DNA of 63,710 nt, filler included, from Chrysochromulina tobinii (lineage: Eukaryota), in NCBI GenBank assembly GCA_001275005.1. It is 6 parts of 6 records of this genome, joined end to end, with 100 filler letters (N's around TTAATTAATTAA, not from the genome) between each part and the next. Parts side by side here need not be neighbours in the genome. Positions count along the whole stretch, not along the records: positions 31,909 to 45,684 come from JWZX01001383.1; positions 45,785 to 55,966 come from JWZX01001384.1; 4 more parts are not named here. One strand, 5' to 3'. How positions within the stretch are numbered: the first letter of the stretch is position 1; each line of letters begins with the position of its first letter. Made by a program: the position numbers and the translations under genes. Shown piece by piece: positions 43,809 through 53,649 of the stretch. The notes under the pieces are model-generated. The model worked only from the letters and a program-made list of their open reading frames with translations. It had not been told where the DNA came from and ran no database searches.

Positions 43809-45684
43809 TTAAAGGACTTCTACAAACGAATTCCGCTCCTTGCGCGCCGTCTTCTTTTCCCACGTGCCCTTGGCCTTGCTCTCACTCTTGCCCTTGCTCT
43901 CGCCGACACCCTTCTTACATGGACCCGTGGGCCCTGAGGTGGGCGCGAGGCGCAGCGCTGGCGACTCTTTGAGCATCGCGACCGTGACGCTTTTCGTCAC
44001 CGTCGCGAACTCGCCGTCGGGCCGTTTGTACGCCATCACGAGATTGTCGAGATGCGTGTAGCCCGCCTCCTCGCACACCTGCATGCATGCATTCCCATTC
44101 GGAGGGTGAGGGAGGTAGGACCGTACGAGACACTCAGAGGCTCTCAGTGGCCATGAGGGGCAATCAAGTGGCCATCCACGTAGCCAGCCACCTCACGCAC
44201 CTCCGCGACGAGCTCCTGCAGGTCCTCCATCGTGCTGATAGAGCCCATAGAGATCTTGAGCGCACACCGGTCGGTCGCGCTCACCTCGATGTGGAGCTTT
44301 GTGGTCGCGCGCTCCTCATCGTCACTCGCATCGGCCGTTGGGATCGCCATCGGCCGCCCACCCGCCATGAGCTTGAGCCTGTGGGGCTGACGCGCTCGCC
44401 TTTGGTGGGCTTGCCTGACTTTCATGGCGCAGTACCCAGCGAGCCCGAGCCCGAGGACCACGGCTGCCGTGTGCATCGTATTCTTCACCGCACTCGGCTT
44501 CACGATGTCCACCTGCATCGGCGGTGGCGAGGGGAACAGGCGGCTCTCCCCGCCGATGATACCGCGTCCCCACTCGCTGTCCGACATCCCCACAGGCGAA
44601 GGCGGCATGTGGGGCGAGCTCGGGCGGCGGGCGCGGGTCGGGCGGAGGCGAGGGCGGAGGCGGCGGCGGCGAGGGCATCTCCGCACAGCAGCACGCGAGG
44701 CGCCCGAGTCCCTCGGGCAAGCCGTACGCCTGCATGGTGAACTCGTGGACTGGCGCGTTGCGCAGCTCGAGCATCACCGAGTGGTACGTGAGGCCGACCT
44801 GAAGCACAGTGCCGTCGGGTTGGAACGAGGCGATGCGGAGAGGATGCGCGCGCAGCTGCTCGCCGAAAAAGTCGAGAGTGAGCTGCGAGCCCATCAGCCA
44901 ACGATCGAGGTGCACGCTGACCTCCCACAAAGTGCCCGGCGTGCTGCTCGGCGTGGTGACGAACTCGACCCGGCCTCCCAAGAAGCAGTCGCCACGCTCT
45001 GTCTGCAGGTAAGGCGGCGGCGCGGGCGGCGGCGCGGGCGGCGAGGGCGGCGGCGGCGGAGGGAAGGGGAGTATGGGCGTGCACGAGATCATCGGCATCG
45101 AATGGAACATGGGCGACGAGTCGAAGCCGAAGCACGAGCGACGGTCGGTGGGCATGTGATGGTTGAACGGCATGAGGCGGAAGGTGAACTGCGTCTTCAT
45201 CGGCCCAGCCGCCGCCGCCGCAGCTTCCCCTGCCCGTGCCGCCGCTAATGCCGCCACAGGCGTAGCTGCCCCGTTTGCCGTCGCCGCTGCCTCCTCTCGA
45301 CTTCTCAACTGCCGGCCCGCTGGCACAGCAGCTGGATCCATATCGTCATCCTCGATGACCTGAGCTCCCCACACCTCGGACAGCCTGACCGCCGTCGTGC
45401 CAAAGTCGATCTTCACCTTCGCACCTTGCTGCCACGTCTCGAGGTACACCTTTGACGAGACGCGGGTCTCGAACGAGTTGAGCATCGTGTACCGGGCATT
45501 CAGCTTGCACGCGTACACGGGCGGCTCGAGGTTGCGGCAGCGCACGATCGTCGGGTTGGCCGACGGCGTGCCCACGCCGTCGATGTCAAATTGCTGGTCG
45601 TCCTGCGGCTGCATGTCGAGTTCGAGCTTGACGCGCACGCCGCCATGCGGGCCGGTGGAGCCGAGCGTGCTCATGCTGACCACG
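43809..45684 (-). CDS. 5'-truncated type I membrane protein (beta-sandwich/CBM-like ectodomains, Pro linkers, TM, PB1-like tail); frameshift near 44625 and intron 44200-44079
   Basis: Three ORF pieces join logically: CCCAEMPSPPP / SSPHMPPSP...TM AAVVLGLGLAGYCAM / LVAE|VCEEAGY. Confidence 0.6.
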
Positions 45685-45784
45685 NNNNNNNNNNNNNNNN
45701 NNNNNNNNNNNNNNNNNNNNNNNNNNNNTTAATTAATTAANNNNNNNNNNNNNNNNNNNNNNNNNNNNNNNNNNNNNNNNNNNN

Positions 45785-46209
45785 CCAACGCCAACGCCGA
45801 AGCCGCCAAAGCCGAGGCCGCCAAAGCCGAAGCCGCCGCCAAAGCCGAGACCGCCGCCAAGGCCGAGGCCGCCGCGGTAGAAGCTTCTGCGGCGGAGGCG
45901 ACTGCAGTTGAACGCATGGCTCTTGTCGACCGTTCTCCCAAGCGCTCGCCATCCACGCCCCCAGACCCCACGCCCCCAGACCCCACGCCCCCAGCCCCCA
46001 CGCCGTCGGTCACAGCGCCAGCCGTCCTGTCGCCCTCCTCGGATACAGCCGCCGAAAGCCCGTCGAGTGACGCGTGGCGGGAAGAGGCGCTCAGCGCTGT
46101 GCCGATGTACGCGGAGCAGCTGCTGGGTGCCTACTGGCGGCGCTTCGCCGCTGCCGCGTCCGCCGCCAGCGCCGCATCCTCGCCGGCCGCTTCGAGTTCG
46201 ACTACGTGA
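45785..46209 (+). CDS. 3' fragment of an Ala/Lys/Glu- and Pro-rich protein truncated by the gap
   Basis: Open frame NANAEAAKAEAAKAE...PDPTPPDPTPP...TT*. Confidence 0.45.
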
Positions 46210-46380
46210 TACGTTAGGATAAAAGCGAAAAGCGCGCGCGGTAACATTTAGGCTATAGCCAGGGGCATCGCTTCTCAGCAGAGCTATGTGTCCACCATCT
46301 TAAACAGGTACGGGCCGGGAGGGCGGACATTAACCTCACTATTCTGATTAGATTCACTTGAATTGATAATGCGACCTTTT

Positions 46381-47676
46381 CTAAAAGATGACGGTCTCGA
46401 AGAGCTTGGACGCGTGGACGGCGCGTCGGATGTCTCCCTGGCCATCCTTGCCAAACTGGTTGCCCTCGAAGCGTAGGCTGATGCCGCCGAGCGTCGAGGG
46501 CGTCTTGTGGGAGCGCTCAGCTGCGTAGCTCAGCGCATGGGCCACTTGCTTCGCCTCGGCAGCGCCCCAATCGTGCCCAGCCCAGGCGGCGAAGAAGCCC
46601 TGAGGGTCGAAGCGTCGGTAGGTCTCGAAGACGCGCAGGAAGCCAGCTCGATACATCTCGAGGACGACGTCGACGTCGGAGGCGGCGGTGAAGGCGAGCT
46701 CGCCGCTCTCGAGGCGGCGCCTTACGAGAGCTGCGAACCTGTCCGGGGCGAGCGGCGCCGAGCGGCCGCTCTTGAGCTGCGCACGGAGCGCATCGAAGGC
46801 TTTCATACCCTCGAGTCCCTCGAGAGCGACGGGATCATAGCCCGAAAGATCCCACAGGCAATGGACACACTTGGAGATGCCGCACGTGCGCCGCTCCACC
46901 TCGCACCAACCGCGCTGCTCGTACGGCCGGAGACTCTTGTAGCTAACGCCGGTAGGCAAGGGCGTCGTCACGAGCAGCACGTGCGTGTACGGGTGCGCGT
47001 ACCAGGTCGTGAGCGCCTGCAGGCCGCACGTGAAGCGGACGGCCTCGGCGGGATTGCGCACGGGCTGCGGCAGGCTCATGTAGTCCCAGAGCACGCCGAC
47101 CGTGAACGCGTCGCCTCCGCACGAGGGCAGCATGCGCTCGAGGAGCGGCACTATCTTCGCGAGCTGTTCCCCCTGCCGGTCGGGATGCTCCGGGTCCAGC
47201 CAGGGATAGGACAGCACGAGCACGGGGAGCGAAAAGTTGCGCTCCCAGCCAAAGAGCCGCCACAGCTGGTCGCCGTTGATCTTGGCAGCAGGAGGCACGT
47301 GCTGCCAGCGCGGCACGACGCCTCTGTGCTTGTGCAACAGGAGCAGGAAGCGCGCGTCGATGAGGTCGACGTGTTCGAGCATCTCCTCGATCGCGTCGCC
47401 GCCGCAATCGGACCACAGGCGCCCGACGGGCCGCGATATGCGAACGCGCTTTGCATCCTTGGCAAGCGTATTGAAGGCCAACGTCGCCGCTCTGAATCCA
47501 GCCATCTGCTCGGTCGTGGCCGACCAGGCGGCCTGCGCCTTGTCGAGTTCGCTCGGCTCGGCAGGCGGCGAAGGCGGCGGCGGATCGGCAGGCGCTATGC
47601 GGCGGTTTAGGCGGTGCGCCGAGACGTTGGTGGCAACCGAGGCCGATCGGCCGAGACGAGTCTTCGGTGATGGCAT
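46381..47676 (-). CDS. HET-like domain protein with degenerate C-terminal LRR
   Basis: VLSYPW...HPD, LWDYMSLPQ, WYAHPYTHVL, YEQRGWCEVE parallel HET motifs; LRR-like WGAAEAKQVAHAL and LRFEGNQFG. Confidence 0.6.
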   Translation of the reverse strand: MPSPKTRLGRSASVATNVSAHRLNRRIAPADPPPPSPPAEPSELDKAQAAWSATTEQMAGFRAATLAFNTLAKDAKRVRISRPVGRLWSDCGGDAIEEMLEHVDLIDARFLLLLHKHRGVVPRWQHVPPAAKINGDQLWRLFGWERNFSLPVLVLSYPWLDPEHPDRQGEQLAKIVPLLERMLPSCGGDAFTVGVLWDYMSLPQPVRNPAEAVRFTCGLQALTTWYAHPYTHVLLVTTPLPTGVSYKSLRPYEQRGWCEVERRTCGISKCVHCLWDLSGYDPVALEGLEGMKAFDALRAQLKSGRSAPLAPDRFAALVRRRLESGELAFTAASDVDVVLEMYRAGFLRVFETYRRFDPQGFFAAWAGHDWGAAEAKQVAHALSYAAERSHKTPSTLGGISLRFEGNQFGKDGQGDIRRAVHASKLFETVIF

Positions 47677-47895
47677 CCGTGGTGCTTTCCACCGTGTGAG
47701 AGAAGCTATCGGAGCTCATCGACGGTGTGAATTTGGGTGTCGACTTAAGAGAGCATTTTCGAGTTAAACCTTGGCTGTGAATATAAAGACAGTAGGGTCG
47801 CGTGAAACGTGCTGGCGTCGCCGGTACCGTCTCAGAAAACAAGTCCTACCAAACTCTCGACTGATCCGATTGGAAAACCGTGCTCCGTGGGTCAA

Positions 47896-48567
47896 TCAAA
47901 GCTCGTCTTTCTCGGCGAGCAGCATCTCGATGACGCTCGTGCTCTCGCGCGCGGTGAGATCGACGCCCGTGGCGAAGCGCTTGTGCACGGTACCTCCCTT
48001 CGTCACCAAGAAGCTCTCGAAGTTCCACTGGACAGGCGCGCCCGCGTCCGTGCTGGGTGTGCACAGACCACACGACAGCCGGCAAGAGCCCTCCATGAAC
48101 TCCTTGTTGTTTTCGCACTCGCCACTTTCGGCCCACGCCTCGCAATCGCGCTCTCCGTCGGAGCAATCTCCCACGCCCCGCAAGAACTTGAAGAGCGGGT
48201 GCGCGTTCGGCCCATTCACGTCTACTTTTCTGAAAAAGTCGAACTTTGCGCTCTGGGTGGTCGTTGCAAATGAGAAGATTTCCTGTGGCGAGCCTGGTTC
48301 CTGCGCGCCGAATTGGTTGCATGGGAACGCCAGGATGGCGAGACCCTGGTTGCCGTACCGAGAATGCAGCGTGTTGAGGTAAGAGTACGTCGACTGGGTG
48401 AATCCACACTGGGAGGCGACGTTCACGATCAGGAGAACCTTGCCCTTATAGTAGGTCATGGGTACAGGCAGTCCGGATTGCAAGTCATCGACCTCGAGGT
48501 TGAGATCGTACAGGCTGGCCACGCAGGCCGAGAAAAATTGTACAACGAGGACGAGCCGCGCAAGCAT
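47896..48567 (-). CDS. Secreted Cys-type glutathione peroxidase with inserted ShKT domain
   Basis: GKVLLIVNVASQCGFT, LAFPCNQFGAQEPG, WNFESFLV; six-Cys ShKT at 48165-48061; signal peptide. Confidence 0.92.
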   Translation of the reverse strand: MLARLVLVVQFFSACVASLYDLNLEVDDLQSGLPVPMTYYKGKVLLIVNVASQCGFTQSTYSYLNTLHSRYGNQGLAILAFPCNQFGAQEPGSPQEIFSFATTTQSAKFDFFRKVDVNGPNAHPLFKFLRGVGDCSDGERDCEAWAESGECENNKEFMEGSCRLSCGLCTPSTDAGAPVQWNFESFLVTKGGTVHKRFATGVDLTARESTSVIEMLLAEKDEL

Positions 48568-48709
48568 TATTTTTTTTTCAATTCACGGACCTGCGGCTCG
48601 CTGTGAAAGACACCGGACGGGGAACCCTGGTCGGGAAACACAAAGTGCATCGTCGCACAGTTCAGATGAAAATGAGTGCTCGGCCCGACGCGGCGTGCGA
48701 GGCGAGACG

Positions 48710-50020
48710 ATGGTGCGGCGAGAGCAAGCCTTGGCCACCCTACCCTCAGTACTCGAGTCGCTCTCGTCATCCTCGGACCGGCTGCGCGCAAGGTTGCAAG
48801 AGCTGCACGGGGAGGCTGTCGCCCATGCAGGCTCGAGCCTTTCCGGCCTCCAGGAGCTGCGTGCTACTCGCGAAGCGCTGATGGCGGAGCGACGCGATGG
48901 CGGTGCGCTCTTGACCACGCACCAGCTTGCAGGCGAGCTCCAGGCTTTGCAGAGGGTGCTGGACAGCAGCGGCGCAGTGGCATCCGACCTCTTGCCTGCC
49001 GTCTCGAAGCTGGAGAGCGTGGCCAGACGCACGTACGGAGTTGACGCCTCTGCGGCCCACAGTGTCCTTATGACGGCGCTCGTGGACGCCGTGCGCCGCA
49101 ATGAGGTGCACCCCGTGAGCGCCACTGCCGTCCGCCAGCTCCGTTCGGCGATTGCGGCGGCCGACGCGGCGGTCGGGCGCACTTGGACGGCGTTCCTCGC
49201 GTCGGGGGCGGAGACCCTGTTCCACAGTGCGCGTGCGCTCACTCTCGCGCCGCCCGGCGAGGGTGCAGACGGACTGGGCCTCGATGAGGAGCGCGCGCGG
49301 CTCGTCGAGGCGCGCGCACTCCTCAACCTTGCCGATTGCGTCGATCAGCTCCTCATGCTCTCCCGCGCGCCCACTGGCGGTGGTCACACTGGCGGTGGCG
49401 GCGGCGGCAGCGCGCCGCCACTGGCGCATCGGTGCTCGATGCAGTTCCGCGCGGCGTGCACGGCGCGTCTCTCGTCCGCCCTTCAGGTCGCCATTCGGCT
49501 GGCCACCCACGGCGCGAATGCCCCCGACGAGGCCAGCGTGCTCGACGCACTTGCTGAAGCGACCGACAAGTCCGCCAAAGCGATGCGCTCGCTCGGATCG
49601 GTCTTTGGGCTCGTGCCGCTGCAGCCGCCGGACGCGCCCGCGCCAACCGCTGCCGCCGGGGGCGCCGCCACCGAGGCCTCGCCGGCAGGGACGCCACACG
49701 ATGCGGCGGTGGCGCTTTCACAGGAGCTCGCGGAGAGCGCGGACGGGCTGCTGGCGCTGCTGGCGATGGTCCCTCCGACCCCGGAGGCGGGCCGCCCGGC
49801 ACGCTTACGTGCCGTGGCCACGGGCATCTCTGAGCTCCTCAAGCGTCAGCTCGCGAGCGCGGGCGTGCTCGTGGGCGCCGCCGAGAGCGCCCGTGGCCGG
49901 CGGGCACTCGCGATGCTCGGCGAGGGCGGCGAGCGCCTCGCGGCCGCCGTGCTCGCACAGTCGCAGCGCGCGGCGGCCGCCTCGGTGAGAGGGTGTGGCT
50001 TGAGCGCGCTTGATGACTGA
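48710..50020 (+). CDS. Hypothetical Ala/Leu-rich helical protein
   Basis: Long GC3-rich ORF divergent from the GPx gene; no recognisable motif. Confidence 0.55.
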   Translation: MVRREQALATLPSVLESLSSSSDRLRARLQELHGEAVAHAGSSLSGLQELRATREALMAERRDGGALLTTHQLAGELQALQRVLDSSGAVASDLLPAVSKLESVARRTYGVDASAAHSVLMTALVDAVRRNEVHPVSATAVRQLRSAIAAADAAVGRTWTAFLASGAETLFHSARALTLAPPGEGADGLGLDEERARLVEARALLNLADCVDQLLMLSRAPTGGGHTGGGGGGSAPPLAHRCSMQFRAACTARLSSALQVAIRLATHGANAPDEASVLDALAEATDKSAKAMRSLGSVFGLVPLQPPDAPAPTAAAGGAATEASPAGTPHDAAVALSQELAESADGLLALLAMVPPTPEAGRPARLRAVATGISELLKRQLASAGVLVGAAESARGRRALAMLGEGGERLAAAVLAQSQRAAAASVRGCGLSALDD

Positions 50021-50092
50021 GGCGCGCTCGCTCATGGCTCGCTCAAAGGGCATCCGCAGAACTTATCAAATTAGGCCTTTGCATGCAGCAAA

Positions 50093-51256
50093 ATGCAGCA
50101 ACGGAAAGCTCAAAAGGACCTCGACACATTGTGCACCGCTCGCACCACTTTTCGTCTCGCTAAAAACGCCCCCGCGGACCTCGCTTATACCGGATACGAA
50201 GCCTCCAACACGGCACAGCGTGACGCGACGGGTGCACAGCGCGGCACTATGGCAGAGGCTTCCACAGCATGCGCCAATACCACGACTGCCAGCCGGCATG
50301 CGCTGCTCGAGCAGAGGATACTGAGCACCGTGGGCCCCGCCGGGAAAGCGCCACACGACGTGCTCGTGCTCAATACGATCGACCATCACTACACGGAGAT
50401 CATCGGCGCGTGGAAGGCGATGGTGCTAGCGGCGCCCTTCCCGAAGCGCTTGTTTGTTGTGGCAATGGATCAGGCGGCAAGACAGTCGTGTCTTTCGTTC
50501 GCGCTGCCTCACTACTTGCCGCGCGAGATCGGCACCACCGACTGCATGAGATCGTTGAACGTAGGCATGGCCGTCGGCGGTGAGACGCGTCTCCCGGGCT
50601 CGTACCGGCGCGTCAAGATCCAAGGAAAGGAGGGCGACACGCGTATCCTGCCTCCGGATCTTCCTTCGTGGAAGATGCACGCGGTGTGGGCCGCCCTCAC
50701 GACGGGCTGGCGCGCCCTTTTCAGCGAGAGTGACGTCCTCTGGGTGCCCGAGGCGGGCGCGCGCCTCGCAAGCCACTTACTCGCCGCGCCCGACGAGCAC
50801 GATTTCGCGCCGCAGCGCCACCCGATGACCCCCGTTTGGAACTTTGGCTTCTTCCTCGCGCAGGGTCCTCGCACCGCCGCCTTCTTCAGCTGCGGCGTGC
50901 GCGAGTGGGACCAACGGCAGTCGGTGGCGCGCCACTCGGGTCGTGCGGTCGATATCGGCTCGGACCAGCGCTTCCTGTGGGACACGTGGCGCAAGCGCAC
51001 GTGCGGCGCGCTGCGCGTGCGCAAGCTACCCCTCGGCCTCTACCCCACCTGCCGCGACTGGGTGGGCGCCACGCGGCGCGAGGCCCTCGTCGTGCACGTC
51101 ACCTATTGCCATCGGCTCTCGATGATGCTCTCATCGGAGGACGGTTGCAAGCGGCGTGTGCTCGACGCCTTCTACGCGCGCGTAACAGCCGAGGGCTCCG
51201 GCATCAGCGTAGCCAACCTGAGCTCCGAAGGCTGGAATCAGCAGCTTGGCTGCTGA
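50093..51256 (+). CDS. Nucleotide-diphospho-sugar transferase (GT77-like)
   Basis: FVVAMD, K...V...L..G...LFSESDVLW, NFGFF, SDQ, VVH; start uncertain (50093 or 50249). Confidence 0.7.
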   Translation: MQQRKAQKDLDTLCTARTTFRLAKNAPADLAYTGYEASNTAQRDATGAQRGTMAEASTACANTTTASRHALLEQRILSTVGPAGKAPHDVLVLNTIDHHYTEIIGAWKAMVLAAPFPKRLFVVAMDQAARQSCLSFALPHYLPREIGTTDCMRSLNVGMAVGGETRLPGSYRRVKIQGKEGDTRILPPDLPSWKMHAVWAALTTGWRALFSESDVLWVPEAGARLASHLLAAPDEHDFAPQRHPMTPVWNFGFFLAQGPRTAAFFSCGVREWDQRQSVARHSGRAVDIGSDQRFLWDTWRKRTCGALRVRKLPLGLYPTCRDWVGATRREALVVHVTYCHRLSMMLSSEDGCKRRVLDAFYARVTAEGSGISVANLSSEGWNQQLGC

Positions 51257-51540
51257 CATTGGCAAGTACATGTAGGCAGCTAGGCACTTGAACGGACAGG
51301 GCTGAGCAGACTGGAACTGATTGGAACTGACCGGAAATGTTTGGAACGAGGAGCGGACACGGGGACAAGCACGGGGACCGCGACCTCTACTTACGAAGTT
51401 TACGACACGCGGCTACATGTATTCACAGCGGCCGAGGGTTACTTAGTACCGTACAGTACGTACGGTGCAGGAGGGGGGGGGGGCACCGACACGTTCACAC
51501 ACGCGTCTCTGAGTTCGTCTGTGATCAGGGGTCGCTCCCG

Positions 51541-52794
51541 ATGGCCAGCAGCAGCATGCAGGGCGAGCACGTCGCGACGCCGCGAGAGCTCCTGGCCATG
51601 AATGCGTGGGCCGATCAGGTGGCCAACATGCTCGAGAGCAGCATTGCCTCGCTTCGCGAGCGCATCACTGCCCTGAGCAACTTCTCCACGAGCAACTTAC
51701 CACGCGCCACGCACAGCTTGCCCGTGCTTTACCTGTTCTCGGGGAGCGACTTGATCACCGCTCATGCGCTCTTCGCTGCATCACCCGAGTACCACCTCGT
51801 TGCTGATTTCCCCGTAGGCCATCCGTCCTGCTTCCTCGACGCTGCGTGCGCCTCGCAAGCCAACGCGTCAACCGTCGCCTTCTTCAAGCACTGGGCAGCT
51901 TTGCGCTTTGCGCGGCAGTCTACGAACCTCATGCGCCGGACGTTTGAGCGCGTTGGGCAGCTGCCAGCCCTCCTCGTATCGCTCCGGTTGATGGGTCAGC
52001 CGGTCATCCACGCGACCGTGCGAGATGGACTGCCACCCTCGCTCTCCCCAGCCCCCAAGTACACGGAGAGCGCCGATCAGACGATCGCAGCTCGCCCAGG
52101 AGGCAGCTCTGGTGGAGCAAGCGGTGCTGCAACTGGCCCCGTGGAGCGGCAACTCGCCGAGCGAACGACGGTCGCCTCGAATGGTACGAAGGCGGGATTC
52201 GGCACCGCAGCGCGGGTCGTCATCCCGAGCATAACGTTGCACACTGCACGCTGCCGCGTCGCCTACTACTCTCTGCTCCTTAAGTCGGACCCGTCGGAGA
52301 ATGTGCGCCTCTCCAAGCAAGACTGGCCCGCCTTCAAGCGTTGGGAGCGCGGGGGGGCCTACGTGGACGCTCAGCTCGACGCCCTCTCCGCCGCGCTCAA
52401 TCCGGCGCGACCGCAGCTCGAGGGCGGAGGCAGCAGCCCGCGCCTCCCGCCTCGGCTGATGGTCTCAATGTTCAAGGCTGCGCCGCACTGGATCCTGCGC
52501 AACCGCTGGATGGCCGCGTGGGTGCTCGAGCACTCGGCGGCGACGCTGCATGACGAAACTGGGCTGCGTCCGCGCGTCTACAATGCGAGCGAGGGCCTCG
52601 TCAGCGCCGACTGGCAGATGGTCCGCCGCGGCTACTTTGCCGAGTTTGAGAACCGCGAGGTCAGCTGGTACCCCGGGGAGAAGGCCGAGCTCAAGGCCTT
52701 CTTCCAAGGGCCGGAGCTGCCTTTCCAATTTGGGTACGCCCAGCACGGCGGCCTTGGAGTCCTGCTCGCAGCGTGGCGTCGCGAGGTACTGTAG
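51541..52794 (+). CDS. Uncharacterised protein resembling a bacterial family with a FSG.D motif
   Basis: VLYLFSGSDL, MFKAAPH, LHDETGL, LPFQFGY; family assignment from memory only. Confidence 0.6.
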   Translation: MASSSMQGEHVATPRELLAMNAWADQVANMLESSIASLRERITALSNFSTSNLPRATHSLPVLYLFSGSDLITAHALFAASPEYHLVADFPVGHPSCFLDAACASQANASTVAFFKHWAALRFARQSTNLMRRTFERVGQLPALLVSLRLMGQPVIHATVRDGLPPSLSPAPKYTESADQTIAARPGGSSGGASGAATGPVERQLAERTTVASNGTKAGFGTAARVVIPSITLHTARCRVAYYSLLLKSDPSENVRLSKQDWPAFKRWERGGAYVDAQLDALSAALNPARPQLEGGGSSPRLPPRLMVSMFKAAPHWILRNRWMAAWVLEHSAATLHDETGLRPRVYNASEGLVSADWQMVRRGYFAEFENREVSWYPGEKAELKAFFQGPELPFQFGYAQHGGLGVLLAAWRREVL

Positions 52795-53010
52795 AGTTTC
52801 TATATGTCTATCTGTGCACTGTGCACCCTCCCGAATACAGTACTGATATTCCAGGCGCACCGCGGCTCCGTCGGGCTCCGACCGTCTCGAAGTGATCTCA
52901 GTCGATTCGCGGCGGCACAGCCTTGGCCACGCGGCATCGTCGTCGACGTGGACATCGGCCCGCCACCCCGCAGCGCAGCTTTCCGCTGGCAGGCTGTGCG
53001 CCATCATCGA

Positions 53011-53649
53011 TCAGGAGGCGGAGGCGTCCTTGTCCCTTTTACGCTGTGCGGCCGCGCGCTGCGCGGCCTCCATGCGCACCCTCGCTGCATCATTGGAGCG
53101 CAGCCGCGGCATCTCGCCTTGGAGACAGCGCTGCAGCATGAGGGCCCACGCATCGCCCTTGGCCGCGGGCGCGGCGCAGAGCTCCTGTAGTAGCGTCGCC
53201 GTGTTGGGATGATACTCGCAGCCGATGGCGTACACGTTGCGGGCGCATGACGCCAGCATGTCCGCCTGTAGTTCATCAAAGCCCTGGTTGAGGGCTGCTG
53301 CGCGCACCTCCAACTCCATGTCCTCCTCGGGGATGTAGCGTACCGAGCGCGGCGCGGCGCCACGGTCACCACGGCCGCGGCCGGCACCGCGGCCGCGGCC
53401 AATGCTGTCACCAGCCCGACCGCGAGCGCGGCCGCGGCCGCCACGGGTGCTCTGGGTGATGGCAGATGCACCATCCCGTCCGCTGCCGTCTCCATCAGGA
53501 GCGGCTAAGAGCAGCGGAGTGACCGATCTGCGACCATAGCCGTGCACTGACTGCTGGATGCGAAGCGATGGACTGCTGCGAAGGGCCAAGAGCGCGAAGA
53601 CGCCCCTGCTGCTGCAGCAGCCGAGAAGCAGCAAAGAGAGGAGTCGCAT
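53011..53649 (-). CDS. Hypothetical protein with signal peptide and RGG-rich segment
   Basis: MRLLSLLLLG leader, RGGRGRARGR tract; 3' end uncertain. Confidence 0.5.
   Translation of the reverse strand: MRLLSLLLLGCCSSRGVFALLALRSSPSLRIQQSVHGYGRRSVTPLLLAAPDGDGSGRDGASAITQSTRGGRGRARGRAGDSIGRGRGAGRGRGDRGAAPRSVRYIPEEDMELEVRAAALNQGFDELQADMLASCARNVYAIGCEYHPNTATLLQELCAAPAAKGDAWALMLQRCLQGEMPRLRSNDAARVRMEAAQRAAAQRKRDKDASAS

Noticed and set aside
48406..48408. Selenocysteine in the glutathione peroxidase
   Set aside because: The active-site codon is TGT (Cys), with no in-frame TGA.
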